Of a DNA stretch of 36,851 nt, positions 16,129 to 24,029 are shown in pieces. The stretch lies in the NCBI GenBank assembly GCA_045539485.1, contig JAZQFL010000057.1, forward strand, positions 1 to 36,851. Reading direction: 5' to 3'. This DNA comes from Eubacteriales bacterium (GTDB taxonomy: Bacteria; Bacillota; Clostridia; Oscillospirales; CAG-272). The notes beneath the pieces were generated by a model that worked only from the letters and a program-made list of their open reading frames with translations, did not search any database and was not told the DNA's origin. The translations under genes were made by a program, and so were the position numbers. Every line of letters starts with the position of its first letter. Positions within the stretch are counted from its first letter, which is position 1.

Positions 16129-16359
16129 ATGACGCTTCAAAGTGTAAAGGCAATGGTAGAGCTGCTTTACCGTACATCGCCCGACATATACGTTAATGTG
16201 AACGTGAGCCATCCGCGAGTGGTGCTTGACAAGGTGCCCGTTACTATCACGGGCGTCTACCCACACGTTTTCCGTGTTGTGGAAAGGGGAACCTCAAACC
16301 CCAAAAGCTACACTGTGCAGTATACCGATCTGCTTACAAAGCAGGTGACTATTGTGTAA
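16129..16359 (+). CDS. veg: Veg-family small protein (DUF1021)
   Basis: 76 aa with a GAAGGGGGTG RBS. The pattern GVYPHVFRVVERG...KSYTVQYTDLLTKQVTIV parallels B. subtilis Veg (ETYPSVFVIQLD...RVSYSYADILTETVEL). Confidence 0.75.
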   Translation: MTLQSVKAMVELLYRTSPDIYVNVNVSHPRVVLDKVPVTITGVYPHVFRVVERGTSNPKSYTVQYTDLLTKQVTIV

Positions 16360-16362
16360 AAT

Positions 16363-16397
16363 AAGGCTTGTCTGTTTTAGCAGACAAGCCTTTTTTT
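16363..16397. terminator. Bidirectional Rho-independent terminator between veg and mntP
   Basis: aaggcttgtctg (16363-16374) pairs with cagacaagcctt (16381-16392), followed by a T-run to 16397. Confidence 0.85.
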
Positions 16398-16980
16398 ACA
16401 CAAATACGTTGGTAACGAATATCTCAATACCGATGAGGATAAGTATAACGCCGCCGAGGATTCCTGCCTTGCCCGCAAGCTTGGTGCCTGCCTTTTTGCC
16501 GATAAGGATTCCCGCAAAGCAGATAAAGAAGGTAACAACGCCGATAAGCAGACAAGCGATAAGCGCCTGAATGAAATTATGGCCCGAAATGGTAAAGCCT
16601 ACGGAAAGCGCGTCGATAGAGGTTGCGATACCCTGCACGATAAGTCCCTTAAGGCCTACTGCGGGCTTTTCTTCTTCTCCGTCACCGCCCTTGATGCCCT
16701 CGATAAGCATCTTGCCGCCGATAAAGCCGAGCAGGATAAGAGCGATCCACGGGATGCACTTTTCGAATATCGCAAAATACTGAGCAACGGTAGATACGCA
16801 TATCCAGCCTATCATGGGCATTGCAAACTGGAAAAGCGAGAATATGCCTGCGATACCGCACACTCTGCCGCCCTTCATTTTGGGCTCGTTTAAGCCGTTA
16901 GCGAGGGAAACGGAGAAAGCGTCCATAGCAAGTCCGATTCCGAGAAGAATACTGTTCACAAAAAAAGTAAGGTTAAACAT
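16396..16980 (-). CDS. mntP: Manganese efflux pump, MntP family
   Basis: 194 aa. N-terminus FVNSILLGIGLAMDAFSVSLANGL and an internal repeat GIATSIDALSVGFT, six predicted TM helices, and a GGAG RBS. Confidence 0.85.
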   Translation of the reverse strand: MFNLTFFVNSILLGIGLAMDAFSVSLANGLNEPKMKGGRVCGIAGIFSLFQFAMPMIGWICVSTVAQYFAIFEKCIPWIALILLGFIGGKMLIEGIKGGDGEEEKPAVGLKGLIVQGIATSIDALSVGFTISGHNFIQALIACLLIGVVTFFICFAGILIGKKAGTKLAGKAGILGGVILILIGIEIFVTNVFV

Positions 16981-17013
16981 TATAACTCCAAATTTTTAAA
17001 TATATGCCACGGT

Positions 17014-17043
17014 AGTTTAGCACACTTTATGTCGTATTGTCAA
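17014..17043 (-). promoter_or_regulatory. Sigma-A promoter (extended -10) for mntP
   Basis: The minus strand reads TTGACA (17043-17038), an 18-nt spacer ending in TGc, then TAAACT (17019-17014). This leaves a leader of only about 27 nt. Confidence 0.55.
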
Positions 17044-17065
17044 TGATTAAATCGAAGTTTAGCGG

Positions 17066-17094
17066 TTGACACGGTAGTGAAGATGGTGTAAAAT
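17066..17094 (+). promoter_or_regulatory. Sigma-A promoter for hprK
   Basis: TTGACA (17066-17071), a 17-nt spacer, then TAAAAT (17089-17094). The GGAGGTG RBS precedes the ATG at 17120. Confidence 0.55.
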
Positions 17095-17119
17095 ATTTAC
17101 AAAGCTACGGAGGTGTATT

Positions 17120-18061
17120 ATGCAAAAGATAAGTGTTTCCCTTGAGCGTATAATATCGGAGTTTTCCCTTGAGACATTTTACCTTCCCTGTGATGCTAAG
17201 GATATTCAGGTATACTGCAACGCGGTAAACAGACCCGGATTGCAGATAACGGGATATTACGACCACTTCGAAGAGGAAAGAATTCAGATAATCGGACACG
17301 TTGAGCACGATTATCTCGGACATATGAGCGTGGAGGAAAGGACCTTCCGCCTTAACGAGTTTTTTGCGCACAAGCCGGTTGCGGTCGTGGTTTCCACCGA
17401 CCTTGAGATCTTCCCCGAGCTTCTGAATGCGGCAAAGGAATACGGTGTTCCTCTGCTTCGTACATCCACTACAACTACCGCATTCCTTGCGGCTATGATA
17501 GCATTCCTTGACCTTGCGTTAGCCCCCCGCATCACGCGCCACGGAGTTCTCGTTGAGGTATACGGCGAGGGTATTCTTATCCTCGGTGACAGCGGTATCG
17601 GTAAGAGCGAGACCGCTATCGAGCTTGTAAAGCGAGGCCACCGACTAATTGCCGATGATGCGGTTGAAATCAAGCGCGTTTCGGCAAAGACACTTGTCGG
17701 CTCCGCGCCCGAGATCATCCGCCATTACGTAGAGCTCAGAGGTATCGGCATCGTGGACGTGCGCCGTATCTTCGGTATGGGTGCGGTTAAGATGACGGAG
17801 AAGATCGACCTGATAATCAAGTTTGAGCATTGGGATCAGAACAAGATGTACGACCGCTTCGGCCTTGATAACGAAAAGACCGATATCCTCGGCATCAATA
17901 TTCCCACGATCACCATTCCCGTCCGCCCCGGACGTAACCTTGCGGTCATTCTTGAGATAGCTGCAATGAACAACCGCCAGAAAAAGATGGGCTACAATAC
18001 CGCCGAGGAATTCAATAAGCGCCTTATGGGCATTTATGAGGGAAAAGGCGACGATAGATAA
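17120..18061 (+). CDS. hprK: HPr kinase/phosphorylase
   Basis: 313 aa. GVLVEVYGEGILILGDSGIGKSETAIELVKRGHRLIADDAV, plus a full N-terminal domain. Confidence 0.95.
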   Translation: MQKISVSLERIISEFSLETFYLPCDAKDIQVYCNAVNRPGLQITGYYDHFEEERIQIIGHVEHDYLGHMSVEERTFRLNEFFAHKPVAVVVSTDLEIFPELLNAAKEYGVPLLRTSTTTTAFLAAMIAFLDLALAPRITRHGVLVEVYGEGILILGDSGIGKSETAIELVKRGHRLIADDAVEIKRVSAKTLVGSAPEIIRHYVELRGIGIVDVRRIFGMGAVKMTEKIDLIIKFEHWDQNKMYDRFGLDNEKTDILGINIPTITIPVRPGRNLAVILEIAAMNNRQKKMGYNTAEEFNKRLMGIYEGKGDDR

Positions 18062-18071
18062 ATATAACAAC

Positions 18072-18103
18072 AAAAAAGCAGATGCGTGAGCATCTGCTTT
18101 TTT
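18072..18103. terminator. Bidirectional Rho-independent terminator shared by hprK and the A2M-like gene
   Basis: gcagatgc (18078-18085) pairs with gcatctgc (18090-18097). It is flanked by aaaaaa and tttttt. Confidence 0.85.
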
Positions 18104-18112
18104 GTTGGTTTG

Positions 18113-21100
18113 TCATTTAAGTGTTATAACATCCCTTTCGCTTATCGCGAAGGCACCGCTGTCGGTATTCTGTGCGAATGCGGCTTCAACTACGTATTCG
18201 CCGGGGATAGCCGTGCGAACGTAGTAGGAGAAGGAGCCCGTATAAGTGCGGGAAACAAGGCCCGAAAGCCCCTTTGAGGAGTTATAGCAGCAGAGCCGGC
18301 CTTCCATAGTCTGTGCGCTGTTTGAGAGCCACATATAGGAATTTTTGGAGTGAGTGCTGTTGGTGCCATGGCGTAAGAAGCGAGCACCGGAAGGGATGGT
18401 GTCGGTGATGCGGAACTGCACGTTATCCTTATCGCTTACCAGCTTATAGGTAACGGTTATCTGATAAATGCCGTTGCCTTGCGGTACTACGGTCTTCTTT
18501 ATCTCAAGCTCGCCGCTTCTCATATTCTCGCCTGCGGCTTCCTCTGCGCTTGCGGTATATCTCGCGTATACGGAAAGTCCGTCGGCTTCTGTTACCTTGA
18601 AGCTTTCAAACTCGCTCTTTGTAAGGGTGAGGCGCATAAAGCGGCCTGCCTTAAGCGTTTCGGTATATTCCTCGCCGTTTATCTCATAGCGGAGAGTGCT
18701 CTCGGTACCTGCGGGTGCAATGTAATTAGAGAGGTAGAATGCAAGCTGCATAGAGTAAAGCTCTGTGCGCGATGTGTGGGAGAGGAGGTAGTTTTTCAGA
18801 AGCTGGGCATCCTCTCTTGCACATACGGATGCGGGGATGAGTGCGGTAGCGGTAAGAGCTATTCTGTTTTCCGTGCTCATCGAGGAGGTTCCGAAGTATG
18901 CGATCGTGCCGTTGTCGGTAACGGTATACAGCTTCTCGCGGATATCGGAATATATCTCCCTTGCGGCGCCGTGATCACCTATAACGGCAAATGCGGCGGC
19001 AAGGATGAGCTTGCTCTCATCCGAGAAATTCTCGCATCCCGAGGCAACGTGTGTAAGGTCCGTGAGTATCGGCTCTCCGGACGCGGCAAGACCGAGCAGG
19101 GAGTAAACAAGCTCCTCCTCGGTGCACTTTCCGCCCGCGTAGCGGTAAAAACTCTGGGAAAGCATATCAAGTGTGCTCTTTGTGAGTGCATCCTTACAGC
19201 AGGCGGCTATAAGCGCGGAAAGCTTTAATTCGCCAGAGGAGTAGGGAAGCAGGGAGAGAAATTCGCTGTTAAGATAACGGGAGTTTAACGTGCTCTTCAG
19301 CTTTGCGGTGTCTGAGCTCGTTCCCGCAAATGCACTAAGCAGCTCTTTTGCAACTATCGCGGTGGCTATTGCATCGCTTCTGGTGCTTCCCGTGAAGGCA
19401 AGTCTTTGGCTAAGCTCGGTAAACGCGCGCTGTTCGCGGTTTACAAAGGAAAGCACAACGGGATATTTCGCGGGGGAAATAGTGTTGATCTCGCCGATAT
19501 CAAGGAGCTTTTCCGTGGTAGCGAGTACTGCCGTCTTAACAACGGAGAAGGGGTATTCCACAGCATCGCCCGCGCCCTTTGCGGTGCAGGTAATGCGAAG
19601 CACGTACTCACCGATATCGAGCTTGCCGAAGGAGAAATAGGAGAAATCGCCCGCGTTTGCCTTTGCCGTAATGCTCTTTATAAGCTTGCCGTCCTCGCCG
19701 TAAACGGATGCAACCGTTTCAAACGAGCCGCTTACATCCTTGCCGTAAACACGTGCACTGCAGGTGATATCGTCGCCCTCTATATAGCTGTCAAGATATC
19801 CTGCGTTTATAAAGAAGGGAAGCGTGGATATAACGCCTGTTGCGGAGTTGCCCGCAAGAAGCTTTTCGGGAGCGTTTTCCGCGGTGTATGCCGCGCCTGC
19901 GGTCAGGCGCCATTCGGTGATGTTATCGGGTGCGGTGAAGGTGAACACTGCCGTGCCGTTTTTCGAGAGCCTGTTTTCGAATACGGGATTATCCGCAAAG
20001 TACTTGCGCACGCGTACTTCCTCCACAACTCCGTTTGCGCCGGCGGTGGGCGCTTCCGTCATTGCCGCATCCTCGGCAACCTCGGTTTTAATATCGCTGT
20101 TGTACAGATAAGTCCTCATATTGTACGCATAGAACAGCGAGAAGGAGGAATTGCGGTTATTGTGAGGCGTTCTGAAGGAGTCAAAAAGCTCGGAGAGAAT
20201 ATCAAGATTTTGCTCGCCGAGGGCAAAGCACGCTTCATCCACAACAGAGAGGGTAACACGGGTTCCCGCCTTTGCGGCATTGCCGTTTTTATCGGTAACA
20301 CGTACTGTTACTTTTACTTCGTCGCCCGGCTTATACTCGGTCTTTTCGGGGATTATCTCCACTTTGAGGCTGTTGTTTGCCATGTAGTCGTAGCGCGGTA
20401 CGGAGCGCAGCTGTGTAAAGCCGCCCTTTTCAAGCGCCGTTACGTTTACGCACGCACCGGTTATCATTTCCGCCTTGTAGGGAATTTCAAACTTCGGTGA
20501 GTCGGTAACAAAATGCTCGCAGCTTTCACCGTAATACACTGTAACAAGGTAGGTGCGCTTGGTGTCCGTTACCTCGGGGTATTCGGTTACGGTAAATTTC
20601 ATTATATCGCCTACGCTGTAGTACTCCTTGTCGCAATCAAGCACAAGACCCGAGTACATGGAATCGTAATAGTCTGTATTGCGGCTTGAAGCGTTAACGC
20701 GGAGTGTGTACTTACCGTAGGTGACGGTATAGTAATAATAGCCGTTGAAGGAGCTGTCATCAATATGCTCGAGGCGGATAACTCCGTCATTGAACACGCG
20801 CACCTCGGTTTTTATCGTTTCCTCGTGTCTGTCATAGGTAAAGCTTTCGCGCGTGACCTTGTTTATCGGGTCGTATTCCGTGCCGAGGCTGCGGCGCACG
20901 TAGGTGACCTTGGTAAGAGTTACCCTTGCATCTCCCTCCATAGGCTTTCCGACGGTGTTCGCGGGGAACACGCTGTAGCTGAGGTCGGATGCGCTTTTTA
21001 TAGCAGAGGTATCAACGCGGTTTAAAAGTATCTTGCTGTAGGAAGTTCTGTTATCGCTTGCCGTTTCTGCGGTGAAGTAGAATTTGCTGTGGATATAAAC

Positions 21101-23158
21101 GGCGGAATTTGAGGTGTAAAGATAAGCGGTTTCCGTACCCATAAGCTCGGCAGATGCGGAAACGTAGGTGGGATAAGTGCTTGAAACGTCGGGCGAGGGC
21201 AGTCTGTAGCTTACCATTGCAGTGCCGTCCTTACCTGTTGTTACGTCATAATTCTTGCGGCTGCCGGGGACGTTTGCGTAGATGCGGAATTTAAGTCCCG
21301 ATGCGGGCGTTCCGTCAAAGAAGGATGCGGTGACTGTTATATTTGCAGTGTCGCCCGATACGTAGAAAAGCTTATCAAACGCAAGGGATGCTGTGTAAAC
21401 GGGCTTATCCTCCGCCGTTACGCGCACGTATTTGGAGAGGAGCATCTTTCCGTTTTCGTCAATAAAACGAAGGGTGATGCTGTAGCCCGAGAAGCCTTCA
21501 AGAACGTAGCTTCCTTCAAACGAGCCGTCGGGATTTACGGTAACGGGGTACTTGGCGCCTCTGTAGTTTACCTGAAGCCATATCTTTTCGGGTGCTTCGC
21601 CGTTTTGGGGAATAATGGCACCGCCGAAGTTTATCTTATCGTCGCCGAAATATACCTCACGGTCCGTGAAGAGGTATCCGTAATTCGGTTCGGAAACGGT
21701 TTCGTCAAGCGAGCCGGGGAACAGAAGCAGGCTTTCTCCGCCCTTTTCAAGCAGGCAGATAGCGGCGTTCTTTCCTTCGGGTATATCTATGCGGGCAATG
21801 CCGTCGTCTCCCGTTTTTGCGGTAAGCTTTGTGTAGCTCGACTTATCGTTTTTAACGGAAAAATCCGTGTATCTTTCGAAAAACTCCGCGCTTGCGGAGA
21901 TATTCTTTTCGGGCAGTCCGTCCTTTGTGCCCCAGAGGATAAGCTGGTCGTTGTTATTTTCAAAATACGCGGCAAGCTCGCTTACCTGCAAAAGTGCCTG
22001 AGTTGTTTCGTTTACGGTCTTGCCGTTATACTTAATAACGACCGTGATGTTAACAAGGTAAGCGCCGTTATCAAGCTCGGGCAGGTATGCGTAATACTGG
22101 CGCACACCCGTGCCGTTTTCGTATTTAACGGAGCCGCTTGAAACGCTTGTAAGTCCGCTTGTCGAATACTTATATGCTTCGCCTTTTGCGATAAGCTCCG
22201 CGCCCTTTTCGTTAAATTCCTTTACCGCGTTGAGCATCGCGGTGTGGCTGCGGTATGCAAATATCTCCGCCTTGACGTCTGTAAGCTCCGCATTAATGCC
22301 GTTTCTTGCATAGAAGCTGAAGCCGTATACGGCATTTTCGCCCGCTTTGGCGATGATCGCGGCAGGGCTGAGCGAGAGATAATACTTGCGCTCGTCCTGC
22401 GAGGATGCATTTGCCTCGGTACGGAAGCGCAGGGGAATATCCTCGCTGAGGGCTTCTCCGTTTGCGGAAGGAAGTCCCTTTTTAAGGATAACGGTGTATT
22501 CCGTATTCTTATCAAGCTTCTTTTGAGGTATCAGCACAAGGCGCCTGCCGTTGGGGTAAAGCTCTGCTCTGTATTCAAACTCGGGCTCTACGGAAACGTA
22601 TTTCGAAATATCCGTTCCCGCCTTTACCTGAGAGGTGAACTCGAATTCTATACCCGTGTTTATCGGCACGTTCGTTGCCAGGTGGGCGGGAATTGAGGAG
22701 GAGAGGGCAAACGCGCTTTCCGTTTGGAAGGCAAATGAGATCTGCGCCTTGCCGTCCGAGCCGAGGGAGAGGCGGTATACAGTGCCCGCATCAAGCTCGC
22801 TTTCGGGTGTTACGGTGAACTCCGTATCGGAAAGGCGGTCTATCTTAATTGCCGTTTCGGGATTGACCGACAGATACTTCTCAACGGTGGCGGTGTCCGT
22901 CGGTTTTTCAAAGCGCAGGGTAAAGGATGTGTTTGTGGGTACGGTGCGTCCCACACTGTTTTTTGCCGTAACGCTGACAGCGCACAGCTCATCGGGCAGA
23001 CCCGTGCCCGTGGGTGCGCTTCCCACAAGGGTGGAGGGCAGCTCGTAGCCGCTTCCCACGTCTATGGTAACCGGCGGCTTTTGCGGTGCGCAGGCAAAAA
23101 GCATCGGCGCTAATGTAACTGCTGTCAGCAGTATTGCAATTATCCTTTTTGTTTTCAT
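18113..23158 (-). CDS. Alpha-2-macroglobulin-family giant lipoprotein (1681 aa) with N-terminal Ig-like domains and no thioester motif
   Basis: I place the start at the ATG at 23158 (MKTKRIIAILLTAVTLAPMLFAC lipobox), after GGAGG (23171-23167). The track start at 23203 adds 15 aa with no RBS. Hallmarks: repeated MG-like segments, SVVDEACFALGEQ, APDNITEWR (motif DNITEWR at 19907-19927), and C-terminal ITDTIPSGARF. The position expected for the CxEQ thioester reads FTGSTRSD (TGSTRSD at 19373-19393). Confidence 0.8.
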   Translation of the reverse strand: MKTKRIIAILLTAVTLAPMLFACAPQKPPVTIDVGSGYELPSTLVGSAPTGTGLPDELCAVSVTAKNSVGRTVPTNTSFTLRFEKPTDTATVEKYLSVNPETAIKIDRLSDTEFTVTPESELDAGTVYRLSLGSDGKAQISFAFQTESAFALSSSIPAHLATNVPINTGIEFEFTSQVKAGTDISKYVSVEPEFEYRAELYPNGRRLVLIPQKKLDKNTEYTVILKKGLPSANGEALSEDIPLRFRTEANASSQDERKYYLSLSPAAIIAKAGENAVYGFSFYARNGINAELTDVKAEIFAYRSHTAMLNAVKEFNEKGAELIAKGEAYKYSTSGLTSVSSGSVKYENGTGVRQYYAYLPELDNGAYLVNITVVIKYNGKTVNETTQALLQVSELAAYFENNNDQLILWGTKDGLPEKNISASAEFFERYTDFSVKNDKSSYTKLTAKTGDDGIARIDIPEGKNAAICLLEKGGESLLLFPGSLDETVSEPNYGYLFTDREVYFGDDKINFGGAIIPQNGEAPEKIWLQVNYRGAKYPVTVNPDGSFEGSYVLEGFSGYSITLRFIDENGKMLLSKYVRVTAEDKPVYTASLAFDKLFYVSGDTANITVTASFFDGTPASGLKFRIYANVPGSRKNYDVTTGKDGTAMVSYRLPSPDVSSTYPTYVSASAELMGTETAYLYTSNSAVYIHSKFYFTAETASDNRTSYSKILLNRVDTSAIKSASDLSYSVFPANTVGKPMEGDARVTLTKVTYVRRSLGTEYDPINKVTRESFTYDRHEETIKTEVRVFNDGVIRLEHIDDSSFNGYYYYTVTYGKYTLRVNASSRNTDYYDSMYSGLVLDCDKEYYSVGDIMKFTVTEYPEVTDTKRTYLVTVYYGESCEHFVTDSPKFEIPYKAEMITGACVNVTALEKGGFTQLRSVPRYDYMANNSLKVEIIPEKTEYKPGDEVKVTVRVTDKNGNAAKAGTRVTLSVVDEACFALGEQNLDILSELFDSFRTPHNNRNSSFSLFYAYNMRTYLYNSDIKTEVAEDAAMTEAPTAGANGVVEEVRVRKYFADNPVFENRLSKNGTAVFTFTAPDNITEWRLTAGAAYTAENAPEKLLAGNSATGVISTLPFFINAGYLDSYIEGDDITCSARVYGKDVSGSFETVASVYGEDGKLIKSITAKANAGDFSYFSFGKLDIGEYVLRITCTAKGAGDAVEYPFSVVKTAVLATTEKLLDIGEINTISPAKYPVVLSFVNREQRAFTELSQRLAFTGSTRSDAIATAIVAKELLSAFAGTSSDTAKLKSTLNSRYLNSEFLSLLPYSSGELKLSALIAACCKDALTKSTLDMLSQSFYRYAGGKCTEEELVYSLLGLAASGEPILTDLTHVASGCENFSDESKLILAAAFAVIGDHGAAREIYSDIREKLYTVTDNGTIAYFGTSSMSTENRIALTATALIPASVCAREDAQLLKNYLLSHTSRTELYSMQLAFYLSNYIAPAGTESTLRYEINGEEYTETLKAGRFMRLTLTKSEFESFKVTEADGLSVYARYTASAEEAAGENMRSGELEIKKTVVPQGNGIYQITVTYKLVSDKDNVQFRITDTIPSGARFLRHGTNSTHSKNSYMWLSNSAQTMEGRLCCYNSSKGLSGLVSRTYTGSFSYYVRTAIPGEYVVEAAFAQNTDSGAFAISERDVITLK

Positions 23159-23267
23159 TTTTATTGCCTCCTTGGCGTGATACCCTTTAGACGGAGAACT
23201 CATAAATAAGTTCCGATATTTGGTAAAAATCCGCTATTTTTACAAATCGAAAGGGCTTGGATTGTGC

Positions 23268-23304
23268 ATATACAACAAATGCGCGCTCAGCTTTGAGCGC
23301 GCAT
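23268..23304 (-). terminator. Hairpin overlapping the peptidase stop codon (moderate terminator)
   Basis: atgcgcgctca (23279-23289) pairs with tgagcgcgcat (23294-23304), with loop gctt. The minus-strand tail is UUGUUGUAUAU. Confidence 0.45.
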
Positions 23305-23760
23305 ATAGATAGCTTCTTTTTTATAGGTAGGGGAAGTACGGCGCAAAACAAACAGAGCGCAACGGCGCAAAAACAGGGAGGCACACCATAGTCTTACGTA
23401 GATCTTGTACCAAATCGGCTTTGAAAAATCAATGTATTTTTCTCCGCGCAATATGCCGTGCACGTAGCCGATCACCGCATCCTTGCGTATTTTTTCCTTT
23501 ACTATCTGGTTGTCGCCGCACATGATCAGAGTGCCGTCCGAATTGCACTTCAGCGCACGGTGCGCGATTATGCCGTGTGCGTTGGAATATACAAGCACGT
23601 CGTAATTTTTCGGCTCTCTCGGAAGGGGCTTTATGCACATTCTGTCGCGCGAATTCGCGATAAGGGGAAGCATGCTCATTCCCTTGCCCTGTACAACGGC
23701 AAAACCGTGTTTTTCAAGCGTTTCTTTGAGCGAGAGCGCCTCTGTGTTTTGATTATTCAT
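23287..23760 (-). CDS. S24/S26-clan Ser/His peptidase (SipW/Sec11-like catalytic boxes) without an N-terminal membrane anchor
   Basis: 157 aa from the ATG at 23760 (the track start at 23763 is a TTG). Boxes GKGMSMLPLI (Ser), GIIAHRALK (His-Arg, as in the VTHRIV box of SipW) and MCGDNQ (GDN). The C-terminal tail IWYKIYVRLWCASLFLRRCALFVLRR is hydrophobic and basic. Confidence 0.65.
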   Translation of the reverse strand: MNNQNTEALSLKETLEKHGFAVVQGKGMSMLPLIANSRDRMCIKPLPREPKNYDVLVYSNAHGIIAHRALKCNSDGTLIMCGDNQIVKEKIRKDAVIGYVHGILRGEKYIDFSKPIWYKIYVRLWCASLFLRRCALFVLRRTSPTYKKEAIYMRAQS

Positions 23761-24019
23761 CAAGCAGACCTGCGGTTCTTATGGCATCGATAAAAGCACG
23801 GATGTCTTTTTCGGCCGTTTCCTTATCCGTTTCGTAAGCATCAAGCATAGCATCGACCATTGCGGCTTCGTCCGTATCGGTCTCAAGCAGCTTCCAAAGA
23901 AATGCGCCCGTGGGATTGAGGCGGATCATGCCCTTGAACTGAATTGCGGCCTCTCCAACGGCGATAACTACGTTCTCGCCCGCGACCTCTCTCATAAGAA
24001 AACCTTTTTTAATCTTCAT
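23753..24019 (-). CDS. PqqD-family protein (RiPP recognition element-like peptide chaperone)
   Basis: 88 aa from the ATG at 24019, after GGAGG (24028-24024). MKIKKGFLMREVAGENVVIAVGEAAIQFKGMIRLNPTGAFLWKLLETDTDEAAMVDAMLDAYETDKETAEKDIRAFIDAIRTAGLLDE. It overlaps the peptidase start by 8 nt. Confidence 0.7.
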   Translation of the reverse strand: MKIKKGFLMREVAGENVVIAVGEAAIQFKGMIRLNPTGAFLWKLLETDTDEAAMVDAMLDAYETDKETAEKDIRAFIDAIRTAGLLDE

Positions 24020-24029
24020 AATTCCTCCG

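Noticed and set aside
16981-17043. Looked for a yybP-ykoY (Mn2+) riboswitch upstream of mntP
   Set aside because: The predicted promoter leaves a leader of about 27 nt. No GGGGAGUAG-type conserved core is present in the 140-nt intergenic region.
17120-18061. HprK near a PqqD-like gene: could it be a lasso-peptide (paeninodin-type) precursor kinase?
   Set aside because: It is a full-length 313-aa HprK with the canonical N-terminal domain and P-loop. It is convergent to the PqqD-containing strand and separated from it by a 5-kb gene and a terminator. No lasso cyclase or protease genes are present.
20210-20230. CFALGEQ in the A2M-like protein looks superficially like a CxEQ thioester
   Set aside because: It lies about 95 residues upstream of the DNITEWR motif, inside the conserved VVDEA..L segment of an MG domain, and its spacing (C-x3-G-E-Q) is wrong. 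The true thioester position, about 175 aa after ITEW, reads TGSTRSD.
23159-23203. 5' extensions in the ORF track: A2M at 23203, SEDS at 25166 (GTG), peptidase at 23763 (TTG), ATPase at 13401 (TTG), aspS at 30247, SBP3 at 28770, pgeF at 33028, AraC at 7889
   Set aside because: In each case an internal ATG lies 6-10 nt after a GGAGG-like RBS and gives the expected N-terminus (signal peptide or conserved start). The extensions lack an RBS.
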